From NCBI GenBank assembly GCA_963778655.1, contig CAVZVA010000009.1, positions 1,472,001 to 1,536,000 on the forward strand: a stretch of DNA of 64,000 nt, given 5' to 3'. A program made the position numbers and the translations under genes. Positions 9,371 to 20,080 of this stretch are shown here, piece after piece (the stretch's first letter is position 1; the number at the start of each line of letters is the position of its first letter). Source of the stretch: an uncultured delta proteobacterium. GTDB taxonomy: Bacteria; Myxococcota_A; Polyangia; Polyangiales; JAFGIB01. A model generated the notes under the pieces. That model searched no databases. It had not been told where the DNA came from and saw nothing but the letters and a program-made list of their open reading frames with translations.

Positions 9371-10303
9371 ATGGAACAGCGACGTCTGGGAGGCTCCGGC
9401 CTCAAGGTTTCGGCGGTCGGCCTGGGCTGCAACAACTTCGGCATGCGTTGCGACGCCGAGCAGACGCGCGTGGTGGTGCACAAGGCGCTGGATCTCGGCG
9501 TCACGCTGTTCGACACCGCCGACGTCTACGGCCGTGGCGCCTCGGAGACGCTGCTCGGCAAGGCGCTGGGCGAGCGGCGCAAGCGCATCGTGCTCGCCAC
9601 CAAGTTCGGCGGCCCGATGGGCGAGTCGCCGCTCGAGCGCGGCGCCTCGCGCCGCTACGTGATGCAGGCGCTCGAGGCCAGCTTGCGGCGCCTCGGCACC
9701 GAGTGGATCGACCTGTACCAGCTTCACTTCCCCGACGCGGAGACCCCGATCGAGGAGACGCTGGCCGCGCTCGACGACGCCGTCCGCCAGGGCAAGGTGC
9801 GCTACGTCGGATGCTCCAATTTCGCGTCGTACCAGCTGGTCGACGCGCTCTGGATCTCGAAGACGGGCGGGCTGGCGGCCTTCGCCTCCGCGCAGAACCA
9901 CTACAATCTGCTCGAACGGACGATCCGGCACGAGCTGATCCCCGCGTGCGCGCAGCATGGCATCGGCATCCTGCCGTACTTCCCGCTGGCGAGCGGGCTG
10001 CTCACCGGCAAGTACAGGCGGGGCGAGAAGCCGGGCGCGGACACGCGCCTGGGGTTGTGGGGCCAGCGCGCCGCGCGCCTGCTCGACGATGCCAACTTCG
10101 ACAGGCTCGAGCGCATGCAGGGCTTCGTGCAGGAGCGCGGCAAGAGCCTGCTCGAGCTGGCTTTCGGCTGGCTGCTCTCGCAGCCGCAGATCGCCAGCGT
10201 GATCGCGGGCGCGACCAAGCCCGAGCAGGTCGAGGCCAACGTCAAGGCCGCCGAGTGGCGCCTGCCCCCGGGCGACCTGATGGCCCTCGCCCCGCTGCTT
10301 TGA
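9371..10303 (+). CDS. Aldo/keto reductase
   Basis: GLGCNNFG, FDTADVYG, LATKFG, IDLYQLH, GKVRYVGCSN, PYFPLASGLLTGKY. Confidence 0.95.
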   Translation: MEQRRLGGSGLKVSAVGLGCNNFGMRCDAEQTRVVVHKALDLGVTLFDTADVYGRGASETLLGKALGERRKRIVLATKFGGPMGESPLERGASRRYVMQALEASLRRLGTEWIDLYQLHFPDAETPIEETLAALDDAVRQGKVRYVGCSNFASYQLVDALWISKTGGLAAFASAQNHYNLLERTIRHELIPACAQHGIGILPYFPLASGLLTGKYRRGEKPGADTRLGLWGQRAARLLDDANFDRLERMQGFVQERGKSLLELAFGWLLSQPQIASVIAGATKPEQVEANVKAAEWRLPPGDLMALAPLL

Positions 10304-10306
10304 CTC

Positions 10307-10338
10307 GGAAGACGAGCTTGCTTCCTGTCTTCCTGTGA
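10307..10338. repeat. REP-like family A copy
   Basis: ggaagac...cttcctgtcttcctgtga between convergent stop codons. Confidence 0.65.
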
Positions 10339-10344
10339 TCCGAT

Positions 10345-10578
10345 TCAGCCGCTGCGGCTGACCGCCAGGAAACGGTGCCAGCAGTCCAGGCAGCGGTAGG
10401 GACGCACGCCCAGCCAGCGCCGCGCCACGTGTCCGAAGGGGCCGCGGATGCGCGAGCGCGCGACCGAGCGGCTTTCGCACCGGGGGCACTCTCGAGCGCG
10501 GCTACGCCCGCCCGGCGGACGCTGCCGGTCGAGTGCAGGGTCGTCGAGAAGGAGCAATTTGTCGGTGGAAAACAGCAA
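10345..10578 (-). CDS. Small zinc-ribbon protein
   Basis: CPRCESRSVARSR...RPYRCLDCWHRF (two CxxC). Tentative TTG start at 10578 with GGGAG upstream. Confidence 0.6.
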   Translation of the reverse strand: MLFSTDKLLLLDDPALDRQRPPGGRSRARECPRCESRSVARSRIRGPFGHVARRWLGVRPYRCLDCWHRFLAVSRSG

Positions 10579-10704
10579 GATCGAAACTCCCGGCCAGGCG
10601 GAGGCTCGTCCAAAATTCTCTCTACACGACAATATTACAGTATGTATAGTCGATTACAAGGCACAGGCGCATGAAATCGTGCGCCCGCCTCTTCCTGCCG
10701 TCGC

Positions 10705-11787
10705 TCAGCCGGCAAGTGAGCGGGTGATGAAACCGCCTCCGACCACCGACTCGCCCTGGTAGATCACGGCGGCCTGCCCGGGGGCGATCGCGCGCTGGGG
10801 CTGGGCGAAGCGGGCTTCGAACCCGCCCGCGGTCGGGGTCACGCGCGCGGCCGCGGCCTGGTGCCGGTAACGGATGCGGACTTCGGCGTCGAATGGGCCC
10901 GCCGGCACCGCGTCCAGCCAGGTTGCACGGCTGGCGGCCAGACCCGGTCGCTCGAGGGCCTCCGCCGGGCCCACGACCACGGCATCGCGCTCAGGTATCA
11001 CCTCCAGAACGTAGTGGGGGCGGGCGCCGCTCACCCCGATCCCACGGCGCTGGCCCACCGTGAAACCCTCGATACCCGAGTGGTGGCCGAGCAGCTCGCC
11101 ACCCGCGCTCATGATCGGGCCCGGGCGCGCCGCGTGCGGCCGCTGGCGCGCGATGAACCCGCGCACGTCGCGATCGGGCACGAAGCACAGCTCCTGCGAG
11201 TCGGGCTTGTCCCAGTTGGGCAGGCCGAAGCGCCGTGCCTGCTCCCGGGCTTGCGCCTTGGTCAGCGCGCCCAGCGGGAACACCAGCCGCTGCAACAGCG
11301 CCTGCGACAGCCCGAACAGGAAGTAGCTCTGATCCTTGTGCGCGTCGGCCCCGCGCAGCAGGCGCATGCGACCGCCGGGCGTGCGCTCGAGCCGCGCGTA
11401 GTGCCCGGTGGCGATGCGCGAGGCGCCCAGGGTGCGCGCCAGCTCGGCAAGCCGTCCGAGCTTGACCTGCTGGTTGCAGCCCACGCACGGCACCGGCGTG
11501 TGCCCAGCCAGGTTCTCGTCGAGGAATGGCTCCACCACCTGGGCGCGAAACGCCGCGCGCTCGTCCATCACGTAATGCGGCACGCCCAGCAGGCTGCAAG
11601 TGCGGGCGGCGTCCTCGCGGTCCTCCGGCGCGCAGCAGCGGCCGACCTGGTCGCTGCCCTGGGCGTCCCACAGGTGCAGGGTCACCCCCACCACCGCGTG
11701 GCCCGCGGCGTGCAGCCGGGCCGCCGCCAGCGAGGAGTCCACCCCGCCGCTCATCGCAACCAGCACGCGCTCCCGCTGTTCCGACAT
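10705..11787 (-). CDS. mnmA: tRNA 2-thiouridine(34) synthase MnmA
   Basis: AMSGGVDSS, PCVGCN, ATGHYAR, KDQSYFL, DSQELCF, FTVGQRRG, APGQAAV. Confidence 0.97.
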   Translation of the reverse strand: MSEQRERVLVAMSGGVDSSLAAARLHAAGHAVVGVTLHLWDAQGSDQVGRCCAPEDREDAARTCSLLGVPHYVMDERAAFRAQVVEPFLDENLAGHTPVPCVGCNQQVKLGRLAELARTLGASRIATGHYARLERTPGGRMRLLRGADAHKDQSYFLFGLSQALLQRLVFPLGALTKAQAREQARRFGLPNWDKPDSQELCFVPDRDVRGFIARQRPHAARPGPIMSAGGELLGHHSGIEGFTVGQRRGIGVSGARPHYVLEVIPERDAVVVGPAEALERPGLAASRATWLDAVPAGPFDAEVRIRYRHQAAAARVTPTAGGFEARFAQPQRAIAPGQAAVIYQGESVVGGGFITRSLAG

Positions 11788-11964
11788 GGCCGATGCTCGC
11801 GGACGCGTAGCCATGCGGCACGCCGCGCAAGCGGTCAAGGCCGTTCCATTCAAGCGAGCGCGGCCGCGCCCGCGGCCGGCCGCGCCGTTGCGCAGCGAGC
11901 GCGCGGGGTTGCGCGGCCAAGCTCGAGCGCTGCGCAGAAAATCGGGGCCAAGCTCGAGCCCGTC

Positions 11965-13089
11965 TCAAGCCGCTTGCCGCGCGAGCACGCGCTGCAGCGC
12001 CTGCAGCGCGCTTTGCGCTTCGGTTTCCGTCGTTTCCGGGCCGAAGCTGAGGCGTAGCGCAGCCTCCGCGCGCCAGCGTTCGTGGGGGTACATCGCCAGC
12101 AGCACCGGCGAGGGCTGACTCAACCCCGAGGAGCAGGCCGCGCCGCTGGCCGCGCATACGCCTTCGAGATCGAGCGCGGCCACCAGAGCTTCGCCGCGCA
12201 GCCCCACGAAGCTCGCGCTCGCGACGCTCGCCACGCGCGGCGCGGCCGTCGCGTTGAGCGCGCCGCCCAGCCGCGCGAGCCCGGCCTCGACGCCGGCGCG
12301 CAGGCGCTCGAGCCGCGGCTGCTGCGCCAGCCGGCTGTCCAGGCCCGCGCAGGCCGCGCCGAAGCCGACCGCGCCCAGCACGTCGGGGCTGCCCGCGCGC
12401 CGCCCGCGCTCCTGTGCGCCGCCCGCCAGCAGCGGCTCGAGATCGAGCCCGCGGCGCACGTACAGCGCGCCGGCACCGGCCGGGCCACCCAGCTTGTGCG
12501 AGGCCAGTGCCAGCAGATCGACGCCCAGCGAGCCCAGGTCGATCGGCAGCTTGCCCGCGGCCTGGGTGGCGTCGACGAACAGCGGCACGCCCGCGTCGCG
12601 GCAGACCCGCGCGTACCCGGGCACGGGCAGCACGCTGCCAGTCTCGTGATTGACCCACTGCAGCGCGACCAGTCGTGTATCGGGCCTGAGCGCGGCCGCG
12701 AGCTGCTCGGCCAGCGGCGGCTGGCCTTCAGGCAGGGCGAGCCGGCTGAGCGTGATACCAGCGCTGGCCTGCAGGGCCTCCAGCGTGCGCGCGACCGCCG
12801 GGTGCTCGACCTCGGTGGTCACCACGTGCCCGCCGGCCAGCCCCGGCAGCCCGCGCAGCGCGAGGTTGCAGGCCTCGCTGCCGCCCGAGGTCAGCACCAT
12901 GTCGGCGGCCTGCGCGCACCCGATCGCGGCCGCCACCTGCGCGCGCGCCCGCTCCAGCCGCGCGCGCGCCGCGCGCCCGGCCGCGTGCACGCTGGACGGG
13001 TTGGCCCAGGCCTCGCCGCGGGCCGCGTCCATGGCCTCGCGGGCCGCGGCACACAGCGGTGTGGCGGCGTGATGGTCGAGGTAGATCAC
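11965..13089 (-). CDS. iscS: Cysteine desulfurase (IscS/NifS family)
   Basis: IYLDHHAATP, NPSSVH, TSGGSEA, VNHETG, DATQAAGK, SHKLGGP, SGAACSSG. Confidence 0.92.
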   Translation of the reverse strand: MIYLDHHAATPLCAAAREAMDAARGEAWANPSSVHAAGRAARARLERARAQVAAAIGCAQAADMVLTSGGSEACNLALRGLPGLAGGHVVTTEVEHPAVARTLEALQASAGITLSRLALPEGQPPLAEQLAAALRPDTRLVALQWVNHETGSVLPVPGYARVCRDAGVPLFVDATQAAGKLPIDLGSLGVDLLALASHKLGGPAGAGALYVRRGLDLEPLLAGGAQERGRRAGSPDVLGAVGFGAACAGLDSRLAQQPRLERLRAGVEAGLARLGGALNATAAPRVASVASASFVGLRGEALVAALDLEGVCAASGAACSSGLSQPSPVLLAMYPHERWRAEAALRLSFGPETTETEAQSALQALQRVLARQAA

Positions 13090-14345
13090 GTTGCGCTGTT
13101 TCGCTTGGGCCCCTCGGGATCCACGCTCAGCACGAACGCCGTGCCCGGCAGCTTGCGTCCGGCCACTTCGAGCTCGGGCGGGCTCGTCACTTCGATGCCG
13201 CCGCCCATCGCCTCGGCCACGTGGCGCGAAAACGCCAGCCCCAACCCCACCCCGCCGTAGCTGCGGGTGCGCGTGCCGTCGACCTGGAAGAACGGCTGCA
13301 GGATGCGCTCGCGGTCGCGCGCCGAGATACCCGGGCCGCTGTCGACCACCACCAGCTCGTAGCGCGTGGTGCCGGTGGCGGGGTCGGGCGCGGCGGCGCG
13401 CTGTACCGCGACCGCGACCTCGGAGCCGCGCGGGGTGAACTTGGCGGCGTTGTCCAGGATGTGGATCATCGCGCGCCGCAGCTTGTCGGGATCGCCGCGC
13501 GCCGGCATCTCGCCCGGCGGCTGCTCGCGCACCACCGTGGTGCCGGCCTCGGCGAACAAGTCGCGGGTCTCGGCCAGCGCGCGGTCGGCGACCTCGCCGA
13601 AGTCGTAGTCGCGCTCGTAGATGTGCAGCCGACCGCTCTCGAGGTGGCTGACGTCGAGCAGCGTATCGATCAGCGTGCGCAGCTTCTTGGTCGAGTTGTT
13701 GATCGACTCCACGGTCTTGCGCTGCAGCGGCGCCAGCGGGCCCAGCTCCTCGTTGAGCAGCAGCCGCAGGTAGCCGACCACCGGGGTCATCGGGGTGGCG
13801 AACTCGTGGCTGAGGTTTTGCAGGAACTCGCGCCGCAGCCGCGCCAGCTCTTCGAGCCGGTTATTGGCTTCGGACAGCTCCACCACCTTGCGTTCCAGCC
13901 GCTCCACGATCTTTTGCGAGCGCGAGCGCAGCACATCGTCGCCGGGGTCGCTCGGACGCCTGCGCTCCGAGTGCCCGGAGAGGAAGCGCTGCACCGTGGC
14001 CGGGAACTTGCGCGCGTCGATCGGCTTCTCGATGAAGCCGTCCGCGCCCACCGCCAAGCTGGTCTCGCGGTCGCCTTCGGCGGTGATCGCCACGATCGGC
14101 GTGCCCTGCATGGCGGGCATGCCGCGCAGGCGCAGCGTGACCTCGTAGCCGTCGAGGTCGGGCACGTCGATGTCGACCAGCACGATATCGGGCTTGCGCG
14201 CCTCGGCCAGGCGGATGCCCTCGAGCCCGCTCTCGGCGTCCACCACTTCGTGGCCGGCGGCGGCCAGCAGCTTGCGCACCAGCAGGCGGTTCGCGGGGTC
14301 GTCCTCGATGTGCAGCACCGTAGCCACGGCCTGAGAATCTATCAT
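13086..14345 (-). CDS. Hybrid response regulator / histidine kinase
   Basis: Receiver domain (IEDD, LVDIDVPDLDG, KP), H-box LSHEFATP, ILDNAAKF, DSGPGI, GGVGLGL. Start is 14345 or GTG 14327. Confidence 0.93.
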   Translation of the reverse strand: MIDSQAVATVLHIEDDPANRLLVRKLLAAAGHEVVDAESGLEGIRLAEARKPDIVLVDIDVPDLDGYEVTLRLRGMPAMQGTPIVAITAEGDRETSLAVGADGFIEKPIDARKFPATVQRFLSGHSERRRPSDPGDDVLRSRSQKIVERLERKVVELSEANNRLEELARLRREFLQNLSHEFATPMTPVVGYLRLLLNEELGPLAPLQRKTVESINNSTKKLRTLIDTLLDVSHLESGRLHIYERDYDFGEVADRALAETRDLFAEAGTTVVREQPPGEMPARGDPDKLRRAMIHILDNAAKFTPRGSEVAVAVQRAAAPDPATGTTRYELVVVDSGPGISARDRERILQPFFQVDGTRTRSYGGVGLGLAFSRHVAEAMGGGIEVTSPPELEVAGRKLPGTAFVLSVDPEGPKRNSAT

Positions 14346-14464
14346 CGGCCCGCGGCCCGATCGATTAACCGGCTGCAACCAGCCGTCTCGGCGGTCCTCG
14401 CCCCCGGTGCGGGCTTGCAGACGAGCGCCGCTGCCGCTATCTGGCGGGCAGTGCGAGCCGGACC

Positions 14465-14563
14465 ATGAAACAGGAACACGGGAAGACGGGAAGATTGGAC
14501 GAGCCCTGACTGCCGGGCGGGTCTGCGTCTGATCCACCGGCCCTTCTTCCCACCTTCCTGTGA
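14465..14563. repeat. REP-like family A copy
   Basis: atgaaacaggaacacgggaagacgggaag ... cttcccaccttcctgtga in a divergent intergenic region. Confidence 0.75.
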
Positions 14564-14600
14564 TTCTCGAAAGAACCAGCCGTATCAGGTTTCAACCGCG

Positions 14601-16709
14601 ATGCCCAAAGTCGAGCTACACGCGCTACACACATTCCCCGAGGTGAGCTACGCGACCTGGCGCCAGCAAGTGGAGCGCGGGCTGCAGGGCGGCGACATCG
14701 CTCGGCTCTCGACCCGCACGCTGGAGGGCATCGAGGTCGCGCCGCTGTACACCGCGGACGACTGGCCGTGGGCGCAGGACGCGGGGGGCTTTGCGGGCGC
14801 GCCGCCGTATCGGCGCGGCGGCGAGCCGCTCGGCCGCCACGCCGCGCGCTGGGACATGCGCCCGCACTACGACAACCCCGACCCCAGCGCGCTCGCGCGC
14901 GAGATCGCCGACGACCTGGGGCGCGGCGCGCGCTCGCTGTGGCTGTGCTTCGACCGCCAGGTGCGCGGCGGCCAGGCGCGGCCCGAGCCGCCGGCCGGGC
15001 CGCGCGAGCGCGGCGTGCCGTGTCTGAGCGCGACCCAGCTGGGCCAGTTGCTGCAGAACGTCCCGCTTCAGGAAGTGACGCTCTCGCTCGACGCCGGCGC
15101 CAACGGCCTGCCGGTTGCCGCGTGCTTCGTCCACGCGCTGCAGGCGCGCGGCCTGCGCCCCGAGCAGACCCGCGCCTGGCTCAATCTCGATCCGCTGGGC
15201 GCGCTCGCGCGCGACGGCGCGCTGCCCTACACCCTGGAAGTCGCGAGCCAGCAGCTGTGCGCGCTCGCGCGCTTTGCCGTGCAGCACTCGCCGCGCTGGC
15301 GCAGTGCGACGGTCTCCGTGGTGCCGTACCACGATGCGGGCGCGCATGCGGCCCAGGAGCTGGCCTACGCGCTCGCCACCGCGGTCCAGTACCTGCGCTG
15401 GCTGACCGAGGCCGGGCTGAGCCTGCCGCAAGCGTCGGCGCAGGTCGCGTTCAGCGTGGCGGTGGGCTCGGACTTCTTCATGGAGATCGCCAAGCTGCGC
15501 GCGCTGCGCCAGTGCTGGGCCGGCGTGATCGCGGCCTGCGGCGGCGACGCCGAGGCGCAGCGCTGCGCGCTGCATGCGCTTTGCTCCTCGCGCACCAAGA
15601 GCGCGCGCGATCCGTGGGTGAACCTGCTGCGCGAGACCACCGAAGCGTTTGCGGCCGCGGCCGGCGGCGCCGACGCGATCACCAGCGGTGGCTTCGACCG
15701 CGCGGTCGGCCTCTCCGACGCATTCGCGCGCCGCATCGCGGGCAACGCCCAGGTGATCCTCGATCAGGAGGCGCACGTCACGGAGGTCGCCGATCCGGCG
15801 GGCGGCGCGTGGTACGTCGAGCAGCTCAGCGACGGGCTGGCCGAGCGCGCGTGGGCGTTGTTTCAGGCGCTCGAGGCCGAGGGCGGGATGGCCGCCGCGC
15901 TGCTCGCGGGCAGCGTGGGCGCGCAGATTGCCGAGGTCGCGCAGGCGCGCGCCGCGCGCGTGGCCACGCGCAAGGCGCCGATCACGGGCGTCAGCGAGTT
16001 TGCCAATGTCGACGAGCGGCCGCTCGTGCGGCCGGAGCCCGACTGGCAGGCGATCGCGGGCGCGCGCCGCGGCACGCTCGAGGCCGGCTCGCGCGACGAG
16101 GCGGTCGCCGCGCCGCTGCTGCGCGCGGCCGCGAGCGGGGGCGAGCTGGTGGCGGCGGCGGTGCTGGTGGCGGCGGCCGGCGCCAACCTGGGCCAGCTCA
16201 GCTGCGCGCTCGCCGGTCCGGGCGAGCCGGCGCGGGCTCGCGCGCTGCCGCCGCGGCGTCCGGCCGAGCCCTACGAGCAGCTGCGTGACGCCTGCGACGC
16301 GCACGCGCGCGCGCACGGCAAGCGCCCGAGCGTGTTCTCGTGCAACCTCGGGCCGATCTCCGAGCACAAGGCGCGCGCGCAGTTCGCCGCCGGCTTCCTG
16401 GCCGCGGGCGGGCTTTCGGTGATCGACAACGATGGCTTCGAGACGCCCGAGGCCGCGGCCGAGGGCTACGCGCGCTCGGGCGCGGAGCTGGTGGTGATCT
16501 GCGGCAGCGACGACGCGTACGCACGCGCGCTGCCGGCGCTCGGGCCGCTGTTGCGCGCGCGGGGCGCGCGCCGCGTGATCGTGGCGGGCAAGCCCGGCGA
16601 GCAAGCTCAGGCGTTCGGCGCCGCGGGCGTGACCGACTACATCTACCTGGGCTGCGACGTGGTGCAGGCGTTGCGCGCGTTGCTGGCCGCGATCGGAGTC
16701 ACCCCATGA
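14601..16709 (+). CDS. mutA: Methylmalonyl-CoA mutase small subunit
   Basis: [44 protein letters not shown]; lacks the DxHxxG B12 motif; coupled to the large subunit. Confidence 0.9.
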   Translation: MPKVELHALHTFPEVSYATWRQQVERGLQGGDIARLSTRTLEGIEVAPLYTADDWPWAQDAGGFAGAPPYRRGGEPLGRHAARWDMRPHYDNPDPSALAREIADDLGRGARSLWLCFDRQVRGGQARPEPPAGPRERGVPCLSATQLGQLLQNVPLQEVTLSLDAGANGLPVAACFVHALQARGLRPEQTRAWLNLDPLGALARDGALPYTLEVASQQLCALARFAVQHSPRWRSATVSVVPYHDAGAHAAQELAYALATAVQYLRWLTEAGLSLPQASAQVAFSVAVGSDFFMEIAKLRALRQCWAGVIAACGGDAEAQRCALHALCSSRTKSARDPWVNLLRETTEAFAAAAGGADAITSGGFDRAVGLSDAFARRIAGNAQVILDQEAHVTEVADPAGGAWYVEQLSDGLAERAWALFQALEAEGGMAAALLAGSVGAQIAEVAQARAARVATRKAPITGVSEFANVDERPLVRPEPDWQAIAGARRGTLEAGSRDEAVAAPLLRAAASGGELVAAAVLVAAAGANLGQLSCALAGPGEPARARALPPRRPAEPYEQLRDACDAHARAHGKRPSVFSCNLGPISEHKARAQFAAGFLAAGGLSVIDNDGFETPEAAAEGYARSGAELVVICGSDDAYARALPALGPLLRARGARRVIVAGKPGEQAQAFGAAGVTDYIYLGCDVVQALRALLAAIGVTP

Positions 16710-18904
16710 CCGCCCTACCCGACTTCAGCAAGATCCCGCTGGCGCAGGCGCTCGCGCTGCGCGGCGACGACGACCGCGCGGCCTGGGCGCGCCGCGCCGA
16801 GCGCGCGCAGGAGGGGGGCGACCCGGTCTGGCACACGCCCGAGCAGATCGATGTGGCGGCGCTGTACAGCGCCTGCGACCTCGAGCCGGTTGCGCACCTG
16901 CGCAGCATGCCGGGCTTCGCGCCGTTCGTGCGCGGCCCCTACGCCACCATGTACGTGCAGCAGCCGTGGACCATCCGGCAGTACGCCGGCTTCTCCACCG
17001 CCGAGGAGAGCAACGCCTTCTACCGGCGCAACCTGGCGATGGGCCAGAAGGGCCTGTCGATCGCCTTCGATCTGGCGACCCACCGCGGCTACGACTCGGA
17101 CAACCCGCGCGTGCGCGGCGACGTGGGCATGGCCGGGGTCGCGATCGATTCGATCCTCGACATGCGCATCCTGTTCGACCGCATCCCGCTCGATCAAATG
17201 AGCGTGTCGATGACCATGAACGGCGCGGTGCTGCCGGTGCTCGCGCTCTACATCGTGGCGGGCGAGGAGCAGGGCGTGCCGATGTCCAAGCTCAGCGGGA
17301 CCATCCAGAACGACATCCTCAAGGAGTTCATGGTCCGCAACACGTACATCTACCCGCCCGGGCCGTCGATGCGCATCATCGGCGATATCTTCGCCTTCAC
17401 CTCGCAGCACATGCCGAAGTTCAACAGCATCAGCATCTCCGGCTATCACATGCAGGAGGCCGGCGCGACCGCAGACATCGAGCTCGCCTACACGCTGGCC
17501 GATGGGCTCGAGTACCTGCGCACGGGCCTGGCCGCCGGGCTCGACGTGGACAGCTTCGCGCCGCGGCTGTCGTTCTTCTGGGCGATCGGCATGAACTACT
17601 TCATGGAGGTCGCGAAGCTGCGCGCCGGGCGCATGCTGTGGGCGCAGATCGTGCATGGCTTCGGCGCCAAGAACCCCAAGAGCCTGTCGCTGCGCACCCA
17701 CTGCCAGACCTCGGGCTGGAGCCTGACCGCGCAGGATCCCTACAACAACGTGGCCCGCACCTGCATCGAGGCGATGGCCGCGGTGCAGGGCCACACCCAA
17801 TCGCTGCACACCAACGCGCTGGACGAGGCGCTGGCGCTGCCGACCGACTTCAGTGCGCGCATCGCGCGCAACACCCAGCTCTACATCCAGCAGGAGACCG
17901 GGGTCTGCCGCAGCATCGACCCGTGGGGCGGCAGCTACTACGTCGAGCGCCTCACCCATGAGCTGGCGGGCCGCGCGCGCGCGCTGATCACGGAGGTCGA
18001 AGAGCTCGGGGGGATGGCCAAGGCGATCGAGGCCGGCCTGCCCAAGCTGCGCATCGAGGAAGCGGCGGCCCGCACCCAGGCGCGCATCGATTCGGGCCAG
18101 CAGACGATCGTCGGGGTCAACAAGCTGCGCTGCGAGCAGGAAGAGGAGCTGGCGATCCTGAAGGTCGACAACCGCGAGGTGCTGGCCGCGCAGATCGCGC
18201 GGCTGCAGCAGCTGCGGCGCGAGCGCGACGAGGGCAAGCTGCGTGCGGCGCTGCAGGCGCTGACCCAGGCCGCGGGCCGCGGCGAGGGCAACCTGCTCGC
18301 GCTCGCGATCGAGGCCGCGCGCGCCCGCGCCAGCGTGGGCGAGATCAGCGACGCGCTGGAGAAGGTGTGGGGCCGCCACGAGGCGGTCATCCGCTCGGTC
18401 TCGGGCGTGTATAGTAGGGAGGTGGGCGAGAGCTCGTCTACGCTGCAGGCGGTGCGCGCGCTGGCCGACGCGTTTGCCGAGTCGCAAGGCCGGCGGCCGC
18501 GCATCCTGATCGCGAAGATGGGCCAGGACGGCCACGACCGCGGCGCCAAGGTGATCGCCACCGCGTTCGCCGACATGGGCTTCGACGTGGACGTCGGCCC
18601 GCTGTTCCAGACGCCGGAGGAGACCGCGCGCCAGGCGGTGGAGAACGACGTGCACATCGTGGGCGCCAGCTCGCTCGCCGCCGGGCACCTCACCCTGGTG
18701 CCGGAGCTGCGCAAGGCGCTCGATGCGCGCGGCCGCGAAGACATCATGATCGCGGTCGGCGGCGTGATCCCCAAGCAGGACTACGAAGCGCTGTACCGCG
18801 CGGGCGCCGCCTGCATCTTCGGCCCGGGCACGGTCATTACCGAGGCCGCGAGCCAGCTGCTGACCGATCTCAAGGGGCGGCTCGAGGCCGAGGCTCGGGC
18901 GTGA
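16706..18904 (+). CDS. scpA: Methylmalonyl-CoA mutase large subunit
   Basis: [47 protein letters not shown] overlap with the previous gene. Confidence 0.97.
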   Translation: MTALPDFSKIPLAQALALRGDDDRAAWARRAERAQEGGDPVWHTPEQIDVAALYSACDLEPVAHLRSMPGFAPFVRGPYATMYVQQPWTIRQYAGFSTAEESNAFYRRNLAMGQKGLSIAFDLATHRGYDSDNPRVRGDVGMAGVAIDSILDMRILFDRIPLDQMSVSMTMNGAVLPVLALYIVAGEEQGVPMSKLSGTIQNDILKEFMVRNTYIYPPGPSMRIIGDIFAFTSQHMPKFNSISISGYHMQEAGATADIELAYTLADGLEYLRTGLAAGLDVDSFAPRLSFFWAIGMNYFMEVAKLRAGRMLWAQIVHGFGAKNPKSLSLRTHCQTSGWSLTAQDPYNNVARTCIEAMAAVQGHTQSLHTNALDEALALPTDFSARIARNTQLYIQQETGVCRSIDPWGGSYYVERLTHELAGRARALITEVEELGGMAKAIEAGLPKLRIEEAAARTQARIDSGQQTIVGVNKLRCEQEEELAILKVDNREVLAAQIARLQQLRRERDEGKLRAALQALTQAAGRGEGNLLALAIEAARARASVGEISDALEKVWGRHEAVIRSVSGVYSREVGESSSTLQAVRALADAFAESQGRRPRILIAKMGQDGHDRGAKVIATAFADMGFDVDVGPLFQTPEETARQAVENDVHIVGASSLAAGHLTLVPELRKALDARGREDIMIAVGGVIPKQDYEALYRAGAACIFGPGTVITEAASQLLTDLKGRLEAEARA

Positions 18905-19929
18905 GCGCGGCGCCGCGCCGGCTGACGCTCGAGCAATACGCCGACGGTGTTCGCGCCTGCGACCGCACCGTGCTCGGGCGCGCGATCACGTTGGTCGAGA
19001 GCAACGCCGCCGCCGACCAGGAGCTCGCCCAGGAGCTGCTGGTCGCGCTGCTGCCACACACCGGCAAGGCGCAGCGCATCGGCATCAGCGGCGTGCCGGG
19101 CGTGGGCAAGAGCACGTTCATCGACGCCTTCGGCACGCAGCGCACTGCGGCCGGCCAGCGCGTCGCGGTGCTCGCGGTCGATCCGACCAGCGGTGTCACC
19201 GCCGGCAGCATCCTCGGCGACAAGACGCGCATGGCGCGTCTGGGGCGCGACGAGCATGCGTTCATCCGGCCCTCGCCCTCGGGCGGCTCGCTGGGCGGGG
19301 TGACGCGCAAGACGCGCGAGAGCATGCTGGTGTGCGAGGCCGCAGGCTTCGACCTGATCCTGGTGGAGACGGTGGGCGTGGGCCAGAGCGAGACCGTGGT
19401 TGCCGACATGGTCGACGCCTTCGTGGTGCTCATGCTGCCGGGCGGCGGCGACGAGCTGCAGGGCATCAAGCGCGGCATCCTCGAGCTCGCCGACCTGATC
19501 GCGGTCAACAAGGCCGACCAGAGCCCGGAGGCCGCGCGCGTGGCCAAACGCGACTACATGAGCGCGCTGCGCGTCACCCGTCCCGCGGGACACGGAGATA
19601 CGTGGAGCGTGCCCGTGCTCACCATCAGCGCGCAGACCGGCCAGGGGCTCGAGCTGCTGTGGGACAAGCTGGGCGCGCACCGCGCCTATCTCGAGCAAGA
19701 CGATCGGCTCGCGCACAAGCGCCGCGAGCAGCTGCGGCGCTGGATGTGGAGCATGGTCGAGGACCGCGTGCTGCAGGCGCTGCGCGCGCACCCCGAGGTT
19801 CAGAAGCGCGCGCCCGGGCTGGAAGCCGCCGTGCTCGAGGGCAAGCTCACGCCGACGCTGGGCGCGCTATCGCTGCTCGAGGCTTTCGGGATGCCCAAGC
19901 AGCTCCCGTCCAGAAATGGCGCTTCGTAG
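18901..19929 (+). CDS. meaB: Methylmalonyl-CoA mutase-associated GTPase MeaB
   Basis: [51 protein letters not shown]. Confidence 0.96.
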   Translation: MSAAPRRLTLEQYADGVRACDRTVLGRAITLVESNAAADQELAQELLVALLPHTGKAQRIGISGVPGVGKSTFIDAFGTQRTAAGQRVAVLAVDPTSGVTAGSILGDKTRMARLGRDEHAFIRPSPSGGSLGGVTRKTRESMLVCEAAGFDLILVETVGVGQSETVVADMVDAFVVLMLPGGGDELQGIKRGILELADLIAVNKADQSPEAARVAKRDYMSALRVTRPAGHGDTWSVPVLTISAQTGQGLELLWDKLGAHRAYLEQDDRLAHKRREQLRRWMWSMVEDRVLQALRAHPEVQKRAPGLEAAVLEGKLTPTLGALSLLEAFGMPKQLPSRNGAS

Positions 19930-19933
19930 GATT

Positions 19934-19983
19934 CAACAGGAAGACGGGAAGAACAAAACCCTCGAGACTTCCCGTCTTCCTCT
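19934..19983. repeat. REP-like family A copy
   Basis: caacaggaagacgggaag...cttcccgtcttcct just after the meaB stop. Confidence 0.8.
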
Positions 19984-20080
19984 GGATCTCTTGGGCCAAC
20001 GGGGCCCACGCTCCCGCGAGGGTCGCTTCGCTCCCGCGTCGCTGCACGCGCTCCCTGTCGGGGCACGCCTGCGGGTTCGT

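Noticed and set aside
19800..20080. C-terminal extension of the HARE-HTH ORF overlapping meaB
   Set aside because: It translates repeat and antisense sequence; best explained by the frameshift near 20120.
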